Of a DNA stretch of 21,758 nucleotides, positions 7,785 to 15,754 are shown piece by piece. Source of the stretch: Candidatus Micrarchaeota archaeon (GTDB lineage Archaea > Micrarchaeota > Micrarchaeia > Anstonellales > Bilamarchaeaceae); contig JBGFRX010000035.1 in the NCBI GenBank assembly GCA_041694885.1, positions 1-21,758 on the forward strand, written 5' to 3'. Position numbers and translations under genes: made by a program. The number at the start of each line of letters is the position of its first letter. Within the stretch, counting starts at the first letter, position 1. The notes beneath the pieces are model-generated. The model worked only from the letters and a program-made list of their open reading frames with translations. It was not told the DNA's origin and did no database searches.

Positions 7785-9365
7785 ATGAAGCCGATAGGAA
7801 CTGTAATAACTACGGAGGAATCCCCATCCACCTCGGAATTCTCATTCGTTTTCGACCCGGAGGAAAGGGCGGTGAAAAAAGGCCAGTACGTGCAGACCGA
7901 AAGCGAGCAGGGAACCGTCTTCGGATACATAAACGAGATTTTCCGCTCCAACAGGTACTTTGAAAGGGCGGAAAGCGTGGCCGAATACGAGCGCGTGTCT
8001 TTGATGAAAAATAATTTCCCTACAGGAAGCTGGGAGTACATAATCGCGCAGGTAAAAGTGCTTGGGGTCGCGAAACCCGAAATTAGAGACGGGAAACCAC
8101 ATGGTGAAGCCAAAGGAAGGGCGTTTTTCCAGAGAACTTCCATTCCACCTGTCCCGGGCGCAAAGGTCTTTTCGGCAAACGAGGAATTGCTCAAATCGTT
8201 CCTTGGCCTGAAGGAAAATGGCCTTCTTCTTGGGAAAATCCAACACCACAATACCGAAGCTAGGGTAGATCTTACACGTTTGATACAGAAGCACCTGGCG
8301 ATACTTGCCATCAGCGGATCAGGAAAGTCACATTTATCTACGGTGCTTATCGAAGAGCTTTTGGACAGGAAAAAAGAGGACGGAAGAATAGCGGTAATAG
8401 TGATAGACATACACGGCGAATACATGGGCTTCGCATCCGGCGACTACGCGAACAGGACGAAAATGCTCGAAGTGGGAAGCAGGAAGCGCGGTTTTTCCAT
8501 TCCTCTGAGGAACGTCAGGCCGGAGATGTTCGAAGAATGGCTTCCCATGCTTTCCTACCCCCAGAAAGCCCTCCTCCGTACTGCTCTGGTGGAACTGAAA
8601 AACGAGTACAAGAAAAGCAGGAAGCCGTATGGCACCAAAGAACTCCTCTCATGGCTGGATGCGTACCAAAGCGCCGAATCGAAAAAAGGCGACAGCGTGA
8701 AGCCGGCGCTCAAACGCTCTCTCGTGGATATCCTACGGATGAAAATCGTTTCCCGGAATCGGGAAAATCCGCAACTCGCCGGGGCAGTGAAGCCGGGAAA
8801 CCTCCTTATATTGGACTTCAGCGACGTGGACAGCTTGAGGAAAAAGCAGGTCATCGTGGCGCTGCTCGCAAGGAAACTCTTCCACCTGAGGAAGAATGGG
8901 AAAATACCTCCATTCCTTTTAGTACTAGAGGAAGCGCACAATTTCGCAAGGGAGAAGGCGGAGGCGTACGAGGCGGTCTCGCGCTCTGTAATAGAAACGA
9001 TTGCGCGGGAAGGGAGGAAGTTCGGCGCATCCCTTTGCCTTATCACTCAGCGCCCGATTAATCTGAGCACTACTGCTCTCAGCCAGTGCAATACCCATAT
9101 CATCCTGCGCGTGACCAATCCCAACGACCTTGATCATATTCAGCAGAGTTCGGAAGGAATAGATGCAAGGATTGCGAAAAGCATAACCTCGCTGCGGGTG
9201 GGGGAAGGGATAATAGTGGGCGAAGCGACCAATGCGCCTATCTTTGTGGATATACGGAACATAAAGATAAGGAAAAGGGAGAAGGGAAGGCCGCTCGCAG
9301 AGCTCGCGCTTGAATACGAGAAGATGCAGGAAAAGAAGGAAGAGGATGCAGAAGCGTTTTTGTAG
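7785..9365 (+). CDS. herA: HerA-like DNA translocase/ATPase
   Basis: N-terminal HAS-barrel-like region, KHLAILAISGSGKS (Walker A), IDIHGEY, LEEAHNF (Walker B), IAREGRKFG, ITQRP and LSQCNT. Confidence 0.88.
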   Translation: MKPIGTVITTEESPSTSEFSFVFDPEERAVKKGQYVQTESEQGTVFGYINEIFRSNRYFERAESVAEYERVSLMKNNFPTGSWEYIIAQVKVLGVAKPEIRDGKPHGEAKGRAFFQRTSIPPVPGAKVFSANEELLKSFLGLKENGLLLGKIQHHNTEARVDLTRLIQKHLAILAISGSGKSHLSTVLIEELLDRKKEDGRIAVIVIDIHGEYMGFASGDYANRTKMLEVGSRKRGFSIPLRNVRPEMFEEWLPMLSYPQKALLRTALVELKNEYKKSRKPYGTKELLSWLDAYQSAESKKGDSVKPALKRSLVDILRMKIVSRNRENPQLAGAVKPGNLLILDFSDVDSLRKKQVIVALLARKLFHLRKNGKIPPFLLVLEEAHNFAREKAEAYEAVSRSVIETIAREGRKFGASLCLITQRPINLSTTALSQCNTHIILRVTNPNDLDHIQQSSEGIDARIAKSITSLRVGEGIIVGEATNAPIFVDIRNIKIRKREKGRPLAELALEYEKMQEKKEEDAEAFL

Positions 9366-9484
9366 CTTATCGATCATTGCCAGATTTGCTTTTTTAGCAC
9401 TGCATGCGAAATCGGCGTCGAATTCGAGCGCTTCTTCATGGATAAGTTAATAATGGATTGTTTTCTATTTACTATGCCTAAGAG

Positions 9485-11023
9485 GTGATTCCAATCGTTT
9501 CGGGAAAAAAATTCTACCTCACGACTGCGATTCCTTACGTGAATGCCCCCCCGCACATAGGCCACGCGCTCGAATTCGTGCAGGCCGATGCGATTGCAGG
9601 ATATCAGCGTTTGCTCGGAAAGGACGTCGCGCTAATCACTGGCGCAGATGAAAATAGTTTGAAGAACGTGCACGCAGCAGAAGCGAAAGGAATAACCCCT
9701 GCGCAATTGTGCGAAGAAAACGCCGCCGTTTTCAGGCAGATGGGAAAGAAAATCGGGCTTTCGTTCACGAACTTCCTCAGAACGTCCGTAAAAGAGGACC
9801 ACTGGGGCGGAGTACAACGGCTTTGGGAGCTGTGCCTGAAATCCGGGGACATATACAAGAAGAAATACCGGGGTCTGTACTGCGTAGGATGCGAGTCGTT
9901 CTACGAGGAAAGCGAGGTTCCGGAAGGCGTCTGCCCTGAGCACAAGACAAAGCCCGGGGAGGTCGAGGAGGAAAATTATTTCTTCCGGCTTTCAAAATAC
10001 CAGCAGCGCCTGGAGCAGCTCATAGAACGCGGCGAATTGAAAGTCATTCCTGAAACGCGCAAGAACGAAATGCTCTCATTCATAAAAGGCGGCTTGCAGG
10101 ACTTCTCCATCTCGCGCTCGGTAAAGAGGGCGAAGGACTGGGGAGTCCCCGTTCCCGGAGATGATTCGCAGATAATGTACGTGTGGTTCGATGCGCTCGG
10201 CACTTATCTCACGGGTATCGGCTACGGAACTGATGATGGAACATTCGGAAAATACTGGCCTGCCGAAGTGCACGTAATAGGAAAAGGAATATTGCGCTTC
10301 CATGCGGTCTATTGGCCCGCGATACTCCTTTCAGCAGGCCTCGCACTTCCGAAGACGATTTTCGTGCACGGCTACATTACTGTTGAAGGTCAGAAGATGA
10401 GCAAATCCCTTGGCAACATAGTTGATCCCTTCGCGTTGCTGGAGAAATACGGAATCGATGCGCTCCGCTACTACTTCCTGAGTGAAGTGCCAACCTTCGA
10501 TGACGGCGATTTTTCGGAAAGGCAGCTCGCCGAGAAGAACAATTCCGAGCTCGCTGCGAACGTGGGCAACCTCGTGAACCGCACAACCGTCTTCATTGCG
10601 AACAATTTCAACGGTGAGGTTCCTGCAGGCGAGCTTTCGGAAGCGGATAAAAAATTTCTCGAGGAGCAGAAAAAACAGTGCATAAAAATCACCGCTCTGC
10701 TCAACGAATTGAAACTGAAAGAAGCACTCGACGAAACCATGGCTTTCTCGCGCAGGGTGAACAAGTACTTCCAGGACAACGCGCCCTGGAAATCCGTGAA
10801 GGAGAGCAGGGAAAGGGCTGCCGCGGTCATTTACGTTCTTGCGAACCAGGTGAAGGATGTCGCTATATTGCTTTCCCCTTTCCTTCCGAATGCGGGCTCG
10901 GCGATATTCACGCAACTCGCGCTCGGATCGAAGCGCTGGGAAGACCTGTGCAATTTGTCCGTGAAGCCAGGGCAGAAAACAGGGAAGCCGGAAATACTTT
11001 TCAGGAAAATAGGTGACAAGTGA
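9485..11023 (+). CDS. metG: Methionyl-tRNA synthetase (short form, single Zn knuckle)
   Basis: TTAIPYVN.PPHIGH, CVGCE...CPEH, YVWFDAL, GKGILRFH and KMSKS. The GTG start is uncertain. Confidence 0.96.
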   Translation: MIPIVSGKKFYLTTAIPYVNAPPHIGHALEFVQADAIAGYQRLLGKDVALITGADENSLKNVHAAEAKGITPAQLCEENAAVFRQMGKKIGLSFTNFLRTSVKEDHWGGVQRLWELCLKSGDIYKKKYRGLYCVGCESFYEESEVPEGVCPEHKTKPGEVEEENYFFRLSKYQQRLEQLIERGELKVIPETRKNEMLSFIKGGLQDFSISRSVKRAKDWGVPVPGDDSQIMYVWFDALGTYLTGIGYGTDDGTFGKYWPAEVHVIGKGILRFHAVYWPAILLSAGLALPKTIFVHGYITVEGQKMSKSLGNIVDPFALLEKYGIDALRYYFLSEVPTFDDGDFSERQLAEKNNSELAANVGNLVNRTTVFIANNFNGEVPAGELSEADKKFLEEQKKQCIKITALLNELKLKEALDETMAFSRRVNKYFQDNAPWKSVKESRERAAAVIYVLANQVKDVAILLSPFLPNAGSAIFTQLALGSKRWEDLCNLSVKPGQKTGKPEILFRKIGDK

Positions 11024-11028
11024 ATCAT

Positions 11029-11199
11029 ATGAAAACCCGAAAAGGAGATGAAGTGGAGCAGCAGCCGCACAATTTCGTGCGCACCGATTATCTCGAAATG
11101 TGTTTGCAGAAGATAGAGGCGCGGCTCGAGAAACTGGAGCGGATTGTGGCAGAGCTTACAAGGCCCCAGCCGCCTTTCCAGCCGAGAACCATACGGTAG
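11029..11199 (+). CDS. Small hypothetical coiled-coil protein (56 aa), below the ORF-track cutoff
   Basis: MKTRKGDEVEQQPHNFVRTDYLEMCLQKIEARLEKLERIVAELTRPQPPFQPRTIR*. An in-frame GTG at 11020 overlaps the metG stop and follows an AGGTGA SD-like motif. Confidence 0.55.
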   Translation: MKTRKGDEVEQQPHNFVRTDYLEMCLQKIEARLEKLERIVAELTRPQPPFQPRTIR

Positions 11200-11259
11200 T
11201 TTTGAGTTCAGAGTTTCGCGTTCCAGAACCCAAAAACTGGAACTGGAAAAAACAAAATC

Positions 11260-11519
11260 GTGCTTCACTGAAGCACCACGGGTGCGCGGAAGCCAGCGTT
11301 GTTCACCAATAGACACGGCTTCAGCCATCCATCAGAACGGCGCTCCGTTCTGGGGGTGCAAAGAACGATGCATCGTTCTTTGGCATGGGGAAGCGCACCC
11401 TACGCTATCGGGATGTGGCTTCCGCCTAAAGCCATCAATATCGGAAGCCACGGGCTCCTTCAGCTTTGCTGAAGGGATTGCGGACGAAGTCCGCAGGATT
11501 AGCCCGTGGTGCTTCACTG
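11260..11519. mobile_element. Palindrome-rich non-coding element with 14-bp terminal inverted repeats; probable non-autonomous IS200/IS605-derived element or structured RNA
   Basis: TGAAGCACCACGGG (11269-11282) and CCCGTGGTGCTTCA (11503-11516). The right end GAAGCCACGGGCT...AGCCCGTGGTGCTTCAC resembles the IS605/tnpB-type end hairpin plus TCAC. At least six internal stems. Confidence 0.6.
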
Positions 11520-11897
11520 CACAAGGATCCCATTAACCATTCCGTCCTGGCCCACGCGGTTCGTAACCCTCACTTTGCCGATTTCGGTCTTGAGGAGCGC
11601 GCCTTTCGTGATTATGTTCTCGCGCGCGAAATCTGCCCTATGCGATTCCATCACACCTAGGATTTTGGCCTTTTTCATGCCTTCTTTGGTGAGCACATTT
11701 ACGGAACTCGCCTTCTTCAATTTGGTTTTCCTTTTTCCGCCCTTCATCCTTTCAAGAACCTTTACTTCCTTCTCGCCGACTTTGGTCGCAGTGAACCGCT
11801 TTCCTGCATGAACCAGTTTCTTGTCCCTGAACTTCACCCGCGAGCCCCCTGTTCCTGAGGAGACCTTCTTCGTCCTCGATTCATGGTATTGATACAT
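11514..11897 (-). CDS. rps8e: 30S ribosomal protein S8e (eS8)
   Basis: SGTGG, R.KGG..K.KL, RENIITKGALL.TEIG.VRVTNR.GQDG.VNGIL. SD AAGGTGA upstream. Confidence 0.96.
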   Translation of the reverse strand: MYQYHESRTKKVSSGTGGSRVKFRDKKLVHAGKRFTATKVGEKEVKVLERMKGGKRKTKLKKASSVNVLTKEGMKKAKILGVMESHRADFARENIITKGALLKTEIGKVRVTNRVGQDGMVNGILVQ

Positions 11898-12016
11898 GTA
11901 ATTTCACCTTTGATTCGTTATTCTATTCGTTTGCGAATTACAGCGAACCGGATCATGAATTACTTTCGTGGTTTGCTACAGTTGACTTTATATGCCTAAT
12001 CGTATTTATAAAGATT

Positions 12017-12409
12017 ATGAAAATTTTCCGCCTCTCGTCTCCGCTTTCAAAAAACGAAATTATCGGGAAATCGAAAAGAAGCGGATTCATGCCACTTTCG
12101 CCAAAATTGGCGGATTCAATAGAGCAATTCGAACTCGCATTTTTGCTTGCGAAAAAGGCATTCAGAAACAGGACCAACATCGCGAAAACCCTTGGGCTGG
12201 AATTCCTCCTCTGGCTTTCAGGGGAAAGGGATTTGCGCAGCGCATTCGCCAAAAACGATTTTGAGCCGGAGGATTTCCTGCTGGTTTCGTTCGGAAAAAC
12301 AGACAAGGCAATGGGGTTTCGTCTTTTCTGCGCCGGTGAAAAGCCGCTTTCCCTCAAACGGAGTGCTGGCGCCCTGGAATTGGAAAAAATCTCGCTTTCG
12401 CGCCTTTAG
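12017..12409 (+). CDS. cgi121: KEOPS complex subunit Cgi121-like protein
   Basis: LAFLLAKKAF...NIAKTLGLEFLLWLSGERDL..AF matches the Cgi121 core pattern. C-terminal LEKISL. Confidence 0.7.
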   Translation: MKIFRLSSPLSKNEIIGKSKRSGFMPLSPKLADSIEQFELAFLLAKKAFRNRTNIAKTLGLEFLLWLSGERDLRSAFAKNDFEPEDFLLVSFGKTDKAMGFRLFCAGEKPLSLKRSAGALELEKISLSRL

Positions 12410-12447
12410 GCAGCACGTATTTATACCTGAAAAGCCGCATTCTATTC

Positions 12448-13512
12448 ATGAAGGAAGCCATCCTTTATTCGAAAAATCCGGACAAAAGCGTTAACTGTTT
12501 TTTGTGCAGTCGCATTTGCCATATTCCGGAAGGCGGAAAGGGCTTCTGCCAGGTAAGGAAGAATCTGGGAGGAACGCTTTATTCCCTGAATTATGGAAAA
12601 GCAATATCAGTTGCCACGGATCCCATAGAGAAAAAGCCGTTCTACCATTTCATGCCCGGCACAAAGACACTTTCCTTCGCTACTGTCGGATGTAATCTAA
12701 GATGCTTATTTTGCCAGAACTGGAGCATAAGCCAGGCACTGCGCGAGCGCGGCATCTTCAATGCAGAGCCGGATTTCATTCCAGGAGAAGACATTCTTCC
12801 TGAAAAAATGGCGCAGATTGCGGAAACGGAAAAAGCGGACGGGATTGCCTACACTTATACGGAGCCCACTATTTTCATGGAATACGCGCTCGACACCGCG
12901 AAACTGGCGCGGCAGAAAAAAATATTCAACGTTTTCGTAACGAATGGATACATGACTTCTGCAGCGATAGATGAAATGAAGCCGTTCATAGACGCCTCGC
13001 GCATTGACCTGAAGGGCTTCAACCGGAGAATCTATACTGATGTGGTGGGCAATGCAAAACTCGAACCGGTTCTGCAGTCAATAAAGGCGCTCCACGGGAT
13101 AATGCATATAGAGATAATCAATCTCGTTATTCCGGGAATGAACGATTCCGAAGATGAATTGCGTGCATTATCCAGATGGGTCGTTGACCTGGACAAGAAC
13201 ATCCCAGTGCATTTCATCGGCTTCTATCCTTCGTACAAAATGACGGACGTTCCTGCAACCGGGCTCGGGACGCTGCTAAGGGCAAGGGAAATAGCACTCG
13301 AGGAAGGAGTAAGGTATGCGTACAGCGGAAACCGCCTGGATCCAGCGACCGAGAGCACTTATTGCTACAACTGCAGAGCAATATTAGTGAAGCGATTCGG
13401 CTTCGAAGCAAGCGAAATAAAAATCGGGAAGAACGGGAAATGCCCCGAGTGCGGGAAGAAGCAGTATTTCATAACCGATATCCATGACTATTGGAAGCGT
13501 GCTATCGATTAG
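12448..13512 (+). CDS. amrS: AmmeMemoRadiSam-system radical SAM enzyme (PflA-like)
   Basis: C.LC...C.I..G..GFC.VR.N, DPIEKKPFYHF.PG, GCNLRCLFCQNW.ISQ (CxxxCxxC), AYTYTEPT and C-terminal CxxC pairs. Confidence 0.9.
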   Translation: MKEAILYSKNPDKSVNCFLCSRICHIPEGGKGFCQVRKNLGGTLYSLNYGKAISVATDPIEKKPFYHFMPGTKTLSFATVGCNLRCLFCQNWSISQALRERGIFNAEPDFIPGEDILPEKMAQIAETEKADGIAYTYTEPTIFMEYALDTAKLARQKKIFNVFVTNGYMTSAAIDEMKPFIDASRIDLKGFNRRIYTDVVGNAKLEPVLQSIKALHGIMHIEIINLVIPGMNDSEDELRALSRWVVDLDKNIPVHFIGFYPSYKMTDVPATGLGTLLRAREIALEEGVRYAYSGNRLDPATESTYCYNCRAILVKRFGFEASEIKIGKNGKCPECGKKQYFITDIHDYWKRAID

Positions 13513-13546
13513 AAACTTATTTAATTATCCTTCCCGTTTTCGTTCC

Positions 13547-14611
13547 ATGAATATTTTCAGGAAATACGATTCTTCGAGCACCGTATTCAAAAACGAGGGC
13601 GTCTTTTCACACGATTTCGTCCCTGCTGAGATTCTTCACCGCGAAAACGAAACAAAGGAAATCGCATTCAACCTCGCGCCGATAATGAAAGGAAAGAGGG
13701 CCGCGAGCATGGTGCTTCACGGCCCGCCCGGAACAGGAAAAACGACGCTCGCGAAGCACGTGCTAAACCAGCTGAAGGAAGCTACGGGAAGGGTGCACGC
13801 AGTTTACGTGAACTGCGTAGAGCAGGGCTACAGGTATTCCATTTTGGGCGAAATAATATATTTGCTCGGCTATGCGATTTCAAGAAGGGGAAGAAGCGCG
13901 GACGAGCTGCTTTCCTATGCAGCGGAAATGCTGAAGAAGGAGGGCAGGGTTCCGCTCGTGGTGCTTGACGACATAGACATGCTTGCGGGCGAGGAGAAGA
14001 ACGGGATACTTTACGATTTGCTGCGCATGCGCGAGAACTTCGGCACGGACTGCGTCGTGATAGTGATAATGAACAGGGAGGAGTTCATGGCGAAATTGGA
14101 CGCGAGGATAAGAAGCTCGCTCCTCCAGTCAGTGCTGAAATTCAGTCCTTATTCTCCGCAGCAGCTCAGGGACATAGTGAATGAAAGGGCGAAGGCAGGG
14201 CTGCTTCCGGGCGTGTACGACGCTGAAGTCATCGGACTGTGCACCGGCTTCGCAGCAAAAAACGGGGGAGACGCGCGGCTCGCGATAAATGCGCTCTGGC
14301 TCGCAGGAAAAGAAGCAGACAAGGAAGGGGCGGAGAAAATCGCGATCCAGCACATTGAAAAGGTAAAGAACGCAGCGCAGGAGCTCCTCCACGCAGCAGA
14401 GGTACAGAACCTTTCCCCCGAGGAAAGGGTGGTGCTCGCGGAAATAAGGAAAGCTGGCAGGATACAGAGCGGGAACCTGTATTCACGGCTGAAGATGAAC
14501 GAGCGCACTGCGCGCAATTACATCGCGAAGCTGGAGGAGCTGGGCTTCGTGGAATCCATTTCGATAAATTCCAAGGAGGGAAATACGCGCATCCTGAGTC
14601 CGAAGCGATAA
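13547..14611 (+). CDS. cdc6: Cdc6/Orc1 family AAA+ ATPase
   Basis: P..ILHRE.E, HGPPGTGKT, VYVNC, VLDDID, LDARIRSSL, F.PYS..QL.DI..ER, GDARLAI and a C-terminal winged helix. Confidence 0.9.
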   Translation: MNIFRKYDSSSTVFKNEGVFSHDFVPAEILHRENETKEIAFNLAPIMKGKRAASMVLHGPPGTGKTTLAKHVLNQLKEATGRVHAVYVNCVEQGYRYSILGEIIYLLGYAISRRGRSADELLSYAAEMLKKEGRVPLVVLDDIDMLAGEEKNGILYDLLRMRENFGTDCVVIVIMNREEFMAKLDARIRSSLLQSVLKFSPYSPQQLRDIVNERAKAGLLPGVYDAEVIGLCTGFAAKNGGDARLAINALWLAGKEADKEGAEKIAIQHIEKVKNAAQELLHAAEVQNLSPEERVVLAEIRKAGRIQSGNLYSRLKMNERTARNYIAKLEELGFVESISINSKEGNTRILSPKR

Positions 14612-14641
14612 GTGTTTAAACTTTTCAGCAGTTATGGAAAC

Positions 14642-15169
14642 ATGGAGGCATCCACCGGCGCCGCGAACGTTATCTACCTGAAGCCGTCAGGCAGAAGGTA
14701 CTATCTCTTGTTTTTCCTTGCATTCGCTACAATTTCCGCAGTGCTCTTGTTTGCCACTCCGCTTTTTCCGTTCAACGTCTACCAGGCGGTCTTCGCGCTG
14801 CTCGTGCTCGCATCCATCGCCTCCGGAGTCGCATTCCTCTATTTCCAGAGGCAGTACATATACGTGGAGGATGAGATGATTACCGTGCGCGAAGGGATAT
14901 TCACGAGCCGCGCGATGATGATACCGTTCAGCAACGTTGTTGAAATAAAGACGCAGTACACGCTTGTGGATTCCATTCTTGGCGTGGGCACGGTGATGAT
15001 AGACACTGCCGGAACCGCTGGTGTGGAAGTGGTGTTCTCGAACATCCCGCGCCAGAGCATAATAAATTTCCTTTCCCTTTTCAGGCATTACAAGCAGTTG
15101 GGCGAAGCGCGTAAAAAAGGGCACGCTGTTGCGGAGGGGAAGCAGAAGCCCGAACGCGACAATTGGTAA
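14642..15169 (+). CDS. Membrane protein with a bacterial PH (YdbS-like) domain
   Basis: Two N-terminal TM helices followed by Y......I.VREGIF....IPF..V..I...T..D.ILGVGTV.IDTAG. Confidence 0.8.
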   Translation: MEASTGAANVIYLKPSGRRYYLLFFLAFATISAVLLFATPLFPFNVYQAVFALLVLASIASGVAFLYFQRQYIYVEDEMITVREGIFTSRAMMIPFSNVVEIKTQYTLVDSILGVGTVMIDTAGTAGVEVVFSNIPRQSIINFLSLFRHYKQLGEARKKGHAVAEGKQKPERDNW

Positions 15170-15181
15170 TTTTTCAGGGGC

Positions 15182-15670
15182 ATGTGTCTTATGGAGCCGA
15201 TAGTTCTTTCCGATTCAGTTGCGCAAAAGCTTTTCCGCACCTACGGCGCGGGAATCGAAGAAGAGGGAAAGATACAAATCCACCCCCTGGAAGCGCTCTA
15301 TTTTTTGGAAAGGGGAAAACTGCAACTCGAAGGCGAGACGTTCGATTCGCTTTCCGAAAAAATAAAAAAGGAAGACAAACTTGCAGAAGAAAAATATGCG
15401 GTTTTGAAATTCCTGAGGCAGAACGGCTACATCACGAAACCCTCGTTCGCGGACGAGCCGTGGATGCGCGTTTACAGGAAGGGCTTCAGACCGGGCGAGG
15501 ACAGGACGCACTATCTTCTGAAAATCGTGGGCAAGGGCTGGCATCCGGAAATGGGGGAGATAGTTGCTGATATGAAAAGGGCTGCGGAAGTAAGGAAAGA
15601 GGCAGTGTATGCGCTCGTCCAGAACGGAAAGCCGCTTTTTTTCAAGATTATGAGGACGAGCTTCGATTAA
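15182..15670 (+). CDS. tRNA-intron endonuclease (EndA)-like subunit, possibly non-catalytic
   Basis: LEALYFLERGKL, YAVLKFLRQNGY, RVYRKG.RPGED and A..VRKE..YA. ATG 15191 is an alternative start. Confidence 0.75.
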   Translation: MCLMEPIVLSDSVAQKLFRTYGAGIEEEGKIQIHPLEALYFLERGKLQLEGETFDSLSEKIKKEDKLAEEKYAVLKFLRQNGYITKPSFADEPWMRVYRKGFRPGEDRTHYLLKIVGKGWHPEMGEIVADMKRAAEVRKEAVYALVQNGKPLFFKIMRTSFD

Positions 15671-15709
15671 GGTGCCGGAACGAAGGGCAGCGCAGCAATC
15701 CACGCCCCT

Positions 15710-15723
15710 CGAAAAATTTATAT
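15710..15723 (+). promoter_or_regulatory. BRE/TATA-like promoter of the small basic protein
   Basis: CGAAAAA-TTTATAT about 30 nt upstream of the SD GGTGA and ATG 15755. Confidence 0.55.
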
Positions 15724-15754
15724 TCCTAACGAAAGAAGCAAAAGCGGTGAAAAT

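Noticed and set aside
11220..11250. TTCCAG...CTGGAA as an ORB/replication origin
   Set aside because: Spacing does not fit an ORB, there is no G-string, it is a single copy, and it lies far from cdc6.
11260..11519. SRP RNA, RNase P RNA, tRNA, C/D sRNA or CRISPR array
   Set aside because: No SRP helix-8 motif, no RNase P GAGGAAAGUCC, no cloverleaf/T-loop, no RUGAUGA box C, and no regularly spaced repeats.
11100..11536. ORF-track proteins over the structured element (11100..11312, 11144..11536, 11332..11517)
   Set aside because: No recognisable motifs, atypical composition, and they overlap palindromic DNA.
12448..13512. Complete AmmeMemoRadiSam system
   Set aside because: Only the radical SAM gene is present; the AMMECR1 and Memo partners are not in the window, and dispersal is common.
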